A stretch of DNA of 63,024 nt, the filler included, from Atractiella rhizophila (taxonomy: Eukaryota), in the NCBI GenBank assembly GCA_021432655.1. It is 14 parts of 13 records of this genome, joined end to end, with 100 filler letters (N's around TTAATTAATTAA, not from the genome) between each part and the next. Parts side by side here need not be neighbours in the genome. Positions count along the whole stretch, not along the records: positions 22,903 to 28,160 come from MU272388.1; positions 28,261 to 33,515 come from MU272389.1; positions 33,616 to 38,838 come from MU272390.1; 11 more parts are not named here. The stretch is one strand, 5' to 3'. How positions within the stretch are numbered: position 1 is the stretch's first letter; each line of letters opens with the position of its first letter. Positions 23,605-35,133 of the stretch are shown here, piece after piece. Below the pieces are notes generated by a model. It made no database searches. It had not been told where the DNA came from and saw nothing but the letters and a program-made list of their open reading frames with translations. A program made the translations under genes and the position numbers.

Positions 23605-25260
23605 TTACAGACTCTTGTATGCATTATGAAGCACACGCATGTTTTGTCTCGCTTTGGGCGATCTATGGTAACACAAAAGCTTGGTTAGATAATAGAAAGC
23701 ATCAGCGCGCTCCCCTGGGTCTAGAATATCTAGTTCTTTGCTCTGGAAATCGTCTCGATAGAGATCTTCAAGGTCTTGCTTTCTCACCAGAGCAGCGAGG
23801 TAGTCTGCTGTGAAGATAGTCTTCACGAAGTGCATGTGTAAACCTCGAAAGGAAATTAGCCAAGCCTAAGACAATACATCGGCTTAGATTTTTTTGAGAC
23901 GAAGGTTAATCCGTCACTCACTTCGTCTTGGGGATAAAAGTCGGTACACTTGCTCAAATCGATGTATTTCTGGTCCTTTAATGGCTTCAGTGCCCTGGCG
24001 ATTAGTTCTGCATCTTGTTGAGGCAACATCTGATATGGAGTATGTTTACTCGTTTTGGTCTGTCGAGCGTCAACGGAGATACCAGAATCAGTGAGAACGT
24101 ACTTCGATTTGGATGACAGGTTGCGACTCTGCAGCCACCACCAACCGTTCCTTGCCTTGATGGTGAACGACCCTTTCCTCTGGAGTCGCATCTCTTAATG
24201 GTGCAAGGGCATCTTTAACCGTGATTTCCTTGTTGTCCTCCGTTTCAGCTTCGACTTCTGCTTCTTCCCCTTTCGGAATAACTGGGCTTGGTTGCGCCCT
24301 GGAAGAACTTTCCGGCGCAAGCAGCATGACTACGATGGCTCCATCAGTCCTGGAAACGTATAGTTGGTCTGGTTTGCCGTGACCACCCTTCCTTTGGCCC
24401 CCCATCACCCAATTAGTGGCCTGACGATGTCGACTGCAGCAGCGATTGGGCTGCATCAGCTGCTGCACCTCATAGTTAGGACAGCACCTACCTCAGTCCT
24501 AGCCAAACAAATTCTTCGGGACTTTTTGTCCCCAGCGGAAGCCTTGCCACTCTGGAAGACCTTCTCGCCCTCCTCTCCTCCCTGGTCCTCAGATTAGGCC
24601 AAGCCAGGATGTTCTTCTTCGTTGCTTCCTCTCCAGGGACGGCTCCACACGCTAATAAGGCAAGGCGGATGAACGCGTATGCGACTTCCTCATACGAAGT
24701 TTCCTGCTCTGGAACCTTGACCTGGGTGATTTTTTTGGGCGGTTTAGTAGACGAGCCAGCTCGGACTGAGGAAGTGGAGGGCACGATTGTTTTCTTGCGT
24801 TCGAGGACAAGCGGCTTTTCCAAGTCCACTTCGAGAACTGCAAAAAGAGATGTCTCTTCTCCCGCTCCTTCCGGAACAGGAGGGGGGGAACCCTGGGTGC
24901 TTGGCTCGGACTGCAGATCGGGATCCTCAGCTGGAGGTCGAGATTTGTCGTAGCGAACTGCAGGAATACGGAAACCTTTTCGCGTAGCGAAAATTAAAGC
25001 CTTTCGAAAATCTTTCAAGTATTCGCTTGATGAGTCTTCTTCCGCAATCGCGGCTGTAATCTCCTTGAACACTACATCGCACTCAGTAGCTACTTTATGC
25101 TGTCAATGATATGATACTAACAGTCTGACCCTCTAGCCGCGTCAAACTCTTCAGAATCTGGCACCATCGCAGACATATCCTGTCCACAGTATGGAATAAC
25201 GTGCAACGCTCGAAGGTTCAGCTGAGTCCAGTTACTTCCACTCCGGACGACTTTCTCGTT
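23605..25260 (-). CDS. Fungal PD-(D/E)xK restriction-endonuclease-fold protein; start codon unresolved
   Basis: Introns 25072-25121, 24463-24508, 24060-24102 and 23866-23921 join the ORFs in frame, giving RSGSNWTQLNLRALHV..VSRTDGAIVV..PVIQIE|TK..PQQDAELIA..E|AWLISFRGLHMHF..DPGERADAFYYL. The gene model is seen in the sequence; the fold is inferred from D..ExK..QxxxE spacing. Confidence 0.65.
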
Positions 25261-25331
25261 GAGGAGGACTCTGCGATCCCCTCCACGGTACGCTGTGATC
25301 CAAGCCTCCGCGCCGTCCTTGACCTCTGGCC

Positions 25332-26628
25332 ATGGCTTGTATACTGCTTCGCCAGCAGTCTCATTTGAGAGGACCGCACCTATCCAACGTGTATTGGGTT
25401 GTGCCCTTGACAGCACTACCGATACGGCGGGTGATTCCAGCGGAATTCTTTGATCATCTGTCAGGTGTGTTTCATGGCAGAAAGGGAAAATAGCTAAATC
25501 AGTAGGGGTGCAGAGATCGAGAACCAGATTATAGAAGATTTTGAACGACCCTCTTTGGAAGAGCTAGAATACGGCTATGAGGCAACACTTCCAACGGGCA
25601 CGTTGATGGCCGCCCCTTTGGTGACTCTGAAGTCCATATTGCGTTCCGAGTCGATGTCTGGTGTGCGCCTTGCGCAATCACTGATCGGCCAAATTATTTG
25701 GGGTCTCTGTAATGAGTGTGAGTTAGAAGTGGGAGAGAAAAAGTTTAAACTTCGCTTGAGGTAAGCATTATACTCAACAAACTCACCACTCACGCTTCCA
25801 GCAGCACCAAGGAACATGTGGAAAAAAGCGTTACCCTGGGAGGCAAAACGAATTGGAAGCTATCGAGTTATGCCTCAGTTATATTCCAAAATCTGACTGA
25901 ATATGAAAGTGTTCTTTTCGACAAAGAAGAACATGTGCCAGTGATTGGATTTTACTTCCAAGTAAGAGCATTTATGTCGCACGCTCCAGTTGAACTGAAT
26001 GTCCTTTAGCATCGTCGGTCCTTTGCTGAAGGGCGGCGTTGGTCGGAGGAGATGGCAGATCGTCATCATTTTCACGAAGAAAACGAAGAGAAACGCGAAC
26101 ACCAGCGCCAGCACCCTGACTCGGATGTCAGTTCGATCATATCAACACCAACACCTCCCCCCCGGCCGTCAGAATCTCTACATTTGAAGGGAAAAGATGT
26201 TCCGAGTCCTCCTTCCCATGCGCAAGAGCTTGGCATGATGTTGGGGCAGCTCACGGCGAACGGCAAAGTTTATGGAGTTGGTGATCATGAGGTATGCTTG
26301 TTCGCCGATTAGATACGGATTCACTCAACCCTGCTAAGGCATTCATCATTGGCATGAATCACACTCGGATGCACATCTCTTCGGCTTTCTTCCCTTCAGA
26401 ACCATTCTAGGAGCAATGAAGAATCCCGTCCTCCCAACAGACTCGTTGGTCTACTTTCTTCAGAGTGAGGAGTTTGACCTTGCGCTGCCAGAGGGAAGAA
26501 GGGATGGCCTAAAGGCGCTTATAGCACTATTCAAATATGTGCTTTCAGGTGAAGCGAAGATTGGGAGGATGAAGAAATTTGCGAAGGAATTGAAAGCTCG
26601 TCATCATGATAGCGAGCAGAGGCGATAA
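25332..26628 (+). CDS. Distant paralogue of the 23605-25260 gene lacking the D/ExK residues; 1-nt frameshift near 26400
   Basis: Introns 25465-25513, 25762-25801, 25962-26009 and 26292-26338 keep frame: PVIGFYFQ|HR..SHAQELGMMLGQL..E|AFIIGMNHTRMHI..QSEEFDLALPEGRRDGLKALIALFKY. One extra A in CAGAACC restores the last exon. Confidence 0.6.
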
Positions 26629-27099
26629 CATACGCAGTTATCCACTTGAGGTCTTTCGTCTTTCTCTGTGTATACTTTGCGGCGCAATTATGTTCAGTTG
26701 GATATCACAAAGGAAGGCATAACTAGAATTATAGTAACTCCAGGCAACTGAGGGGCAACTTGGAATAAAAGAGCGGGAAGGGTTGCTTAAACCTTTGGGT
26801 TTTCAACCCGTTTCAACCTAAGCTTTGCTCCTGTCTCGTTCACAGAAATCGACAAGGTTTCGCGCACCTGCACTGTATCATTCCCGCACTATTTTCTTCA
26901 AGCCATTTCCAATATTCCAGCGATCGACTGAGAAGTGCACCGTGTGCTGTCATGTTCGAGTAATAAATGTAGGTACGGCTTGAATGTTTCGTTTCTACTT
27001 TCTTCCGTTCCACCTCCTGTTAGGATGCTCGTAGCCCGTCCAATTACAGTGGTCACGAACAACAAAAATATCCTAATAAGAACACAGTTCGAAAGGTAA

Positions 27100-27850
27100 C
27101 ATCATGATGATCCTACGACACAGACAGCGACGACCCATACCTCCGTCGACAGTTTTTCCTCGCCAGCAAACACGCCATTGAAGCTGAGCGGCCCTCGTAC
27201 CTCGAATAGGGCCAATGGAAAGCGCAAAGCACGCCGTAACGCTGCAAGAGCACGCCAAGTGTCTCCCCGCCACCTCATCACTCGACAGCCTCGTTCCATT
27301 CGCAAACCAGAACTTTTCGAGAACAGGTTTTATCGCAGATATATCGGTGACGCATCAACACTGCCTGCGCTTACACGGCGCAATCTCACCTCACCGTACG
27401 GCAAAGAATTTCGAAGTAGATTTGTCAGGTTGGAGTGATGAACACGTTCTTGCTTGCCGCGTTGTCATACAGTGCGTCATCCCAAAGGAATACTTGAGGA
27501 TGTGTCAGGTAGGATAGGGCTGTGCGATTGTAGTCCCGCTGACCGGAAACTTTTCGAGCTTGAACAAGCCCTCATTCTCGACTTCGAGCAATTGTCTGCA
27601 TAAGATCTGGAGTACAGTTATGCGGAGGATATCCCTGAGGCAAACTTGATGGCCAGCCCATTACAATTACTGAGGATTCTAGCAAGGGACTCGATGATCG
27701 GTGTGGCTCAGCCCCAACATTTGATGCAAAAGGTTCTTTCGCCACTCTTGAAAACTTCTACTTTAGCGGTAAAGAACAAGATATTCAAACTTCTGTTGGA
27801 GTAAGCGTTGATACAGGCAGAATGATCAGGACTGATCCTGGCTAGCACGA
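27100..27850 (+). pseudogene. Decayed tandem copy of the 25332-26628 gene (N-half)
   Basis: ELEQALILDFEQLSA*DLEYSYAEDIPEANLMASPL..DSMIGV..KIFKLLL aligns with EIENQIIEDFERPSLEELEYGYEATLPTGTLMAAPL..ESMSGV..KKFKLRL. Same phase-2 GTAAGC donor (27801); TAA at 27601. Confidence 0.7.
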
Positions 27851-28260
27851 GCTGAAGCGGTAGCTCATATTCTTCTCATTTCGTGCTGCCTCATCTTTTT
27901 GTTTATATATTATCAGATGTACCGCTGCGTTGTGAAACAAACTGTAACAAAAACCGCTTGAAGTGAATTGAATCCAAGACTGAAAGAGATCAAAGGAGCG
28001 CTGGCCAATAAACGAATTCCCTTGTGTGCACAAATCCGACCATACCAGCCGTGAAAGCAACGATGCCGGCGATGTAAGAGCAGATAATGGCTATGACTTT
28101 GATTAACGATAGCCCTGTGTGAGAGGGGGGACAGACATTGTTTCTTCTCCGGATAGCGATNNNNNNNNNNNNNNNNNNNNNNNNNNNNNNNNNNNNNNNN
28201 NNNNTTAATTAATTAANNNNNNNNNNNNNNNNNNNNNNNNNNNNNNNNNNNNNNNNNNNN

Positions 28261-31200
28261 ACCTCTTCGTCCAGCGTACCGTTCAGGAATGCGTTTCCGA
28301 TGTCGAACTGTGCAAGTTTAAGTCGTTCCGTGGCTGCTATCGATAACGTGCTCCGTAATGAGGACATTCGGACCGTAGGGGCAAATGTCTCGGTGAAATC
28401 TATACCCTCCCTCTGCCGGTCACCTCTGGCTACAAGTCTAGCCTTGTATTTTATCACATTACCATCCAAATCGCGTTTGATGAGAAGGACCCATTTGCAG
28501 TCAATCGCACGCTTGCCCACAGGCAACTCTACCAAGCGTTCTTCCCACGTCCCCATCGCTTGCAGCGCAGATATCTCAGCCAATATCGCCGCCCACCATT
28601 TATCGGCGTCTGGACCTTGGAGAGCTTGACGGAAGGATGGTTCGTCTATATTCCCATTCCAGTTAACCCCAACGGCATATACTTCCCATTTCCTCTGGGG
28701 TTCAGGGTACCCCACGCTCACAGCCTGCCCAGATCTACACATCTCACGATTCATAGTGGCAGCAGCCACAGAAGGAATGTAGTCCTTTGGTCCTACCCAA
28801 ATATGAGAGTTGGCGTATAAAGATGATGTCTGAGCCTGTAGAGTAGTCGAGGAGTGTTCTGTGGGATCAGGAAACGCTTGCGTGCGTAGAATCGGTGGTG
28901 ACGGAATGCGTAAGTTTCCTCGTTGCTTACCTGTATGTAGCACCTTGTAATCACGTCTAGGAACATTACGTCGAGGTCTTGCAGAAGGAGGAGGATAGGG
29001 GCGAGGAACGAAATCATTTACCACTTGTCTGCGGTAGCGGCTCTGTATCATTTCAGATGCGCTGCCATCGCCCTCCAGACCATTCTCCTTTCCAGTAACA
29101 TCACCCCCAATGTCAGGGTTGACCGCGTCAAAAGGAGGCGTAGTAGTATCGGTAGTAGAGGTCGGTTCAGGAAAGGATATATCTGGTGGTTGTAGGATAG
29201 CGGAAGGTTCTGGTATGCTCACAGTCACATTATCAGCCAAGGCATCAAACTCAGAGGGCATAAAATCGTTCGTGGTCCACTTAGCCAAAACCCGTGTCTC
29301 CTCCTCCGTCCTATCCTTGTAAAACTGATCCTCAAACCAGCGTACCTCCTTTGATTGGACGAAACGACGCTCCTTCGGCAACCAAAACAGCCAGCCCTTC
29401 GATCCTTCGAGGTATCCAACGAAGTAACCAATGGCGCCACGTGGGTCTAGCTTTGACCTTTGCCTTTCGACAGGGATATGGATGACAGCCAGGCAACCAA
29501 AAGTACGTAGGTGTGAGATATCCGGCATCGATCCCGACCACAATGCCTCCGGGCATTTCCAAGTCCCATGAGAAAATGTAGGTAAACGATTCAAAGTGTA
29601 AACTGCAAATTGGACTGCTTTTTCCCAGAAAGATAATGGTAAACCAGATTCAAAGAGGATAGTGCGTGCCACGTCAAAAAGAGTATACCAACGACGTTCA
29701 ATGAAACCCATTTGGTTGTGAATATAAGGAATGGATGTTTGATGTGTAATACCATGCGAACGAACAAAATCCTGAAAATGAACAGATTTGAACTCACCCC
29801 CATTGTCGCTTCGAATAACCTTCACTTTAATGCCTACACGTCGCTCAGACTGGCGTATCCATTCCTTCAGCGCCCCAGCTGCATCTGACTTCGCATGCAG
29901 GGGAATCCACCACATCTTAGCGGTGGCATCATCGATAATCCCAAGTCCGTATCTCTCACCGGTCTGCAACGCAGAGACCGGGGCAGGACCCCACAGGTCA
30001 CAATCAACTCGTTCACCCTTGGTGTTCGAGGAAGACATTGTGGTTACACGATTCGGTCGAGCTTTCGATTTTCCGGCGGCACAGGCAACACACGGAGGTA
30101 ACGAGGTCGCATTGCAATCGAAACCCGACACCCAATCCCCGTTACAAAGCTCTTTCCACCTCTTCGAACCTATATGGCCCAAACGTGCGTGCCAGGTTTG
30201 AGGAGTCGTAACTGCAAAGGCAGACGTGTGAGACAGAGCATTGGAAGCCTTCGCAGGCCGGGAAGGGGCACTCGCCTCCAATTCAATTTGTCCTACGCCA
30301 AAAACCGCTCTTCCAAAGTGCGCGCCAGCCTCGCGACGGAAGAACATGTTGCGGCGGTCATTGGTGAACTTGATCCCACGTTTCATGAGGTCGAGTTGGG
30401 AGATCAAGTTGACACCGAGACCTGGTACGTAGAATCCCGTTCCAAAATCCGCTTCAGATATGACCCTGCCGGACCGGTCTTCAAATAATGGTTTGACCCG
30501 TCCGACGTGCGTTGCGAATCCGCCGCTGCCAAAAGCACCACCAACAAATATCGGAGGAGTGAGAGGTTGCATGTCGGTAAATAACTCTGGGGAACCGGAC
30601 ATGTGGACGGATGCGGCAGAGTCAAGGAATGTTGATACGGGGACGGTTTCCATTCCGGGGATATCACGGGAGAGGAAGCGGAAGGCGCCATCAGGGATAA
30701 TAGCGTCATAAGTTGTGAACGGTGAGTTGGAGGAAGTCGAATGTGAATTGGGAAGAGTATGAAAAGCCGAAGGAGGAGTGGACATCGCAGCTTGAGCATT
30801 TGTGGCGACATGAACAGGAAGGTTCAGGTCAACAACGCAAGAAGGAGATTGTAAAGCTATGAGTAGATCAGAAGTCAAAGAAAAAGGCTGAAACGTTTGA
30901 GAATATAAAGCCACATCAAATTGAGGGAGAGACAGAAGATAATCGATATTAGAAAGATGGTCAAGAGAAGATTTCGAAATTTTCTGATTTGAGCAAGTAA
31001 ATGGTGAAGTAACGAATGCAGAAGGTCGATGAGAAGGGGATAAAACTGAATCGGAGGGCATAGGGTCGTCGTGAGGATGTTCATTGTCGGAAACAGATTC
31101 AAAAGCGAGATATTGTGCGTCAGTAATTGTATGGAGAGCTTCATCAAAAGATGTAGGGCTGCCAGTGGAGTAGGTCGTGTGAGTAAGGTAATGAGAATTC

Positions 31201-33050
31201 GCTTCAGGAACACGTCTATGCCGAGTGAATTCTGGGAGATAAAGCGGGTGGCATTCCAGGTCCATATGCGTGGTAGGGTGAGGAACATCCCATCCACGCT
31301 GTTCGTATGCTGCTTGAACGAAAGAGGGCCAGTAAGTCACGTCCCCATTCACGATCAACCTGCCATCTCCACCACCATCCCATCTGCCATCCGGTCCAGG
31401 GTTCTCCTGATCCCGTTGCGATGGAGGGATACGAGTATCAGAAAGAACTGAAGTGGATGTAGTGGTGGGACTAGCTATCAGAGCTGTTGACGGGGTCCTA
31501 TAAAAATACGGCTGTCGATCCGTCTTGATAGTGATCCCAAGGTCACGAAAAGCTTGAAATCGAGCTCTGGGGCGGTCATCCGGGGGAACTGTGCATTGGT
31601 TCGCAATGTGGCCTTCCCGTAAGCAATATACGCATTGCTGAGGGCCAACAACAAAAAGTCCTGAAGGAGATATGGCCCCTGGCCAGAATTTCAAACCGTC
31701 GTAATCCCATGCCCGAGATCCAAAGGCATGTCGTTCGGGATGCGAGAATACACGTCGAGTAAAACCCGGCCAGGCCTGGGAGACAATGCCCTTTTGTGGG
31801 CTACGGACGTTGTAGACATCGCGAACGCGGGATTCCGGTGGAGGAAGATCTCTCTGAATCCAACGGCGACGTGGTGTAACAACGGAAGGTGGAGCAGGCG
31901 GAGTCTGAGGAGAAGGTGTACGTGATCGATGATCAGTAGTAGGAGGTAATAGAGTTTCAGAAGATTGGCGGGTAGGTGTAACAAAATCAGGTGCGGCCGG
32001 TGTTGGAGAGTAGGAAAAACGTTGACGGGTTGGAAATGGAGCCAAAGAGGGTGACGGGGAAAAACGAGGAGGAGTAGACGTGTATCGAGGAGACGACCAG
32101 TTTCGGGGATTCCCGGTGCGTGTGGCATACACACCAATGCTTGACTCCTTGGAGTAAACATCATTCCCCATTTTAGCCTCCATAGCACCATGCATCTCCC
32201 TTTGTCGGGCCACTTCCCGAAGGTGTTCAAAGCACTTGGTGAGGTTCTTCCTAGGTACCTTGGTGGTGTCTAAAGCGTGGGCTCGCCAATCCGGATCAAG
32301 AGAGTTAACGAACATCACAAAACGAGTGGCTTCTGGTACCGTAAAGTCTTTGTCCGTCGCCACAAGGTCAGAATAAAGGCGAGACCAATGTGTAATGTAC
32401 TCCTGGATTGAATACGTTCCGGAAGTTGAAAAAGAGCATCGGCTAAACGCATCCCAAGCAGTATGGCCACCGAGAGTGTGGGCGTCACCATACACTTCTC
32501 GAAGCTTCGCAATCATTTCTGAGGCAATTCGAATGGTGGTGGGTATTTCGTTGTTGGATACGTGGTCCAAATTCGCTCGAATAACAGCGATCGCGCTCGC
32601 ATTTCCCGCATTCCATTCAATCATCGCGTTTTCCCACGCCTTCCTCGTCGGCTCAGGAGCATTTTCAGGGGGACGCACGGGTTTCTCCTTAACGAAGTCC
32701 TCCCCATCCGGTCGGTCAATGCAGTACTGGTGGATCTTCATCTGCATCAGTCCACTGGACATCGCTTCCCACCAAGGATCAAAACCCCCTTGAACAGGAG
32801 GTACTCCCTCTATTTTCATGCTCATGCCGCCAATGTTAGGGTTGGATATGCGTATATCCATCGCAGGAAGAGGTTCGAAAGAATTAGATGGTGATGGAGG
32901 ATCGGAATGGAGAAGCGGTTCAGTGGTGGCAGGGGATGGAGCCCGAGTTGATAGTGGGTTCGTGGTAGGAGTGGGAAAAAGACGATTGTTTGATTGCGTA
33001 AAATGAGGTGGCGGTTCACATTCGATAGGTGGTGTCGGATATCGAGACAT
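28261..33050 (-). CDS. Ty1/Copia gag-pol polyprotein, single uninterrupted ORF, truncated in RT
   Basis: Gag capsid, CVYCLREGHIANQC knuckle, protease FLDSAASVHM, WHARLGH..CVAC, integrase DLWGP/IIDD/RSDNGGEF/ERR, RT KYKARLVARG and QFDIGNAFLNG, in PR-IN-RT order. Confidence 0.97.
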
Positions 33051-33139
33051 ATAACGGAAAACAAAGTGGTGTTACAAAAATGTTGCAGAGGGGGCAGTCG
33101 CCCTCGTGCTGATGCTTGGAATACGTTCAGTCGCAAGCA

Positions 33140-33410
33140 GCTCTCGCTACCATGTGAGCTGGATCCCAGCGAAGTGTAAGATGGTGGAAAAACCGCTCTT
33201 GGAATGCAATGGAAAGACGTACCTGGATCCCAGCGAAGTGTAAGATGGTGGAAAAACCGCTGGGGATCCAGGTGTCCGAGGGACAAACAAAAACACACCA
33301 GTCACGTGCTAGTCACGTGACTGTGGCTAACATGGAAGAAGGAAAGAAAGACAGGGAGAGACTAGGATATGCGAAGTGGGCTGAGGGACAATGAGCGTCC
33401 AGCTCTCACA
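33140..33410 (-). mobile_element. Copia 5' LTR (33153-33410, 258 bp) and primer-binding site (33140-33152)
   Basis: Minus strand reads TGTGAGAGCTGGA..TCCAGCTCACA followed at once by TGGTAGCGAGAGC. TGGTA fits an initiator tRNA-Met 3' end (inference). The gag ATG is about 90 nt downstream. Confidence 0.88.
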
Positions 33411-33615
33411 GTGAATGGCACATCATATTCACTGTAAAGGGACGGGATGGTACACTTGGACGGCGCGTCTTTGACAGTTGTTCTGCTTCCACCGAAGGCC
33501 ATCTCTTTCATTGGCNNNNNNNNNNNNNNNNNNNNNNNNNNNNNNNNNNNNNNNNNNNNTTAATTAATTAANNNNNNNNNNNNNNNNNNNNNNNNNNNNN
33601 NNNNNNNNNNNNNNN

Positions 33616-35133
33616 ATTGACATGATCAAACCTGTCATTCAAGGGAAAGTCGATGTTCGAACTGGCGATGGGTTCAAAGCCAAGTACCAGAGCACATACG
33701 CGGCGACTGAAGCGCCGACTTACGAAAAGATTGTTCAATGCAAGACCTATTCCTCTCTCCCGGTTGAGAATGAGGGGTACGACTTGGCCGATAAGGCTTC
33801 GAATACTCTATCGTACGCTAATAACCCCAGCCACGCCTCCATCCCCTCCAGCGATTACAAATCTGCGACTCAGGCCGCCACTAAAGGGTACAAGACGGCG
33901 GATGACGCATCGAAGGTTCCATCCTATGCTCAAAGTCCCATCTATGCTGCCGTCCCCTCGAGTGATTACAAGGTGGCGACTGAAGCTACCCGCGAAGGTT
34001 ACAAGGTTGCCAGTGAAGTTTAGAAAGCTCCATCCTATGCCAAGAACCCGACCTACGCCTCACTTTCTTCAAGCGATTACAAGCTGGCGACTGAAGCAGC
34101 GAAGGAGGGATACCAGGCGGCGAACGCTGTGAGTGAAGGGTACAAACTGGCCGATAAAGCGTCGAAGGCTCCATCCTATGATCAAAACCCCAGCTACACC
34201 TCTCTCCCTTCGAACGACTACAAGCTCGCGAATGCTGCGAGCTAGGGGTACAAACTGGCTGACAAGACTGCAAGCTCCCCATCTTACTCTCATAACCCCA
34301 GCTACGCTGCCCTCCCTTCGAGTGACTACAAGTTGGCGACTGAAGCTGCGAGCGAGGGATACAAGTCCGCTAACGTTGCGAGCGAAGGGTACAATCTAGC
34401 GGATAAAGCTTCGAAGGCTCCATCCTACCTCCAGAATCCCGGTTACGCTGCCCTTCCTTCGGGCGACTACAAACTTGCGACTCAAGCTGCAGGCGAGGAG
34501 GGATACAAGCTAGCGGATAAAGCGTCGACTGCTCCGTCCTATGCTCAGAACCCCAGCTATAGTTCCCTCCCCACTGCCAACAAGGGGTACGAAGCTATCA
34601 CAACCGTTGTAGATAAGAGTCCTTCCAGCTACGACTAAGCTTTGAAGGCGGGTTCTCCCTCATATTCTTCGGTGAAGCTTGTCGCGGAGAATATTCCGGG
34701 TAGTTATGACAAGGCAGTGAAAGCCAGTTACCAGTCTGCCACTGAGGCATCAAAGGAAGCACCGTCTTACTCGTCCTATAAAACCGCGACGGAAGCTACG
34801 AAGGAAGTTCCCAACTACGCTCAGACTGGCTATGCGTCTGCAACGGACGCAGCGAAGGGATATCAGCTCGCTCAATCCGCTGCTGACGCGCCGTTCTATT
34901 CCTCGTACAAAGATGCGACGGAAGCTGTGACGGAAGCCCCAGGATACAAAAAGGTCAACTCTTACGGTTCCGTCCCTGCTGGGCCAGTTTACGAAAACTA
35001 TAAACTGGCGACTGACGTTGCGAAGCCAAATCCTTTGAGCCATAGAGACGCGAAAAAGGCTACATACGAGACTCCTCGTCAACTGGGATACTCCGATGCT
35101 CCTTCTTATAAGGATATGGGGCTGGATAAATAA
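33616..35133 (+). pseudogene. Tyr/Lys/Ala/Ser-rich tandem-repeat protein with three in-frame stops; 5' end missing
   Basis: Repeats of YKLATEAA.EGYKLADKASKAPSYAQNPSYAALPSSD in one frame, with stops at 34021, 34243 and 34636. Confidence 0.7.

Noticed and set aside
34021..34638. Stop-codon reassignment or readthrough in the repeat protein
   Set aside because: The stops replace different amino acids, and TAA/TAG end other genes normally.
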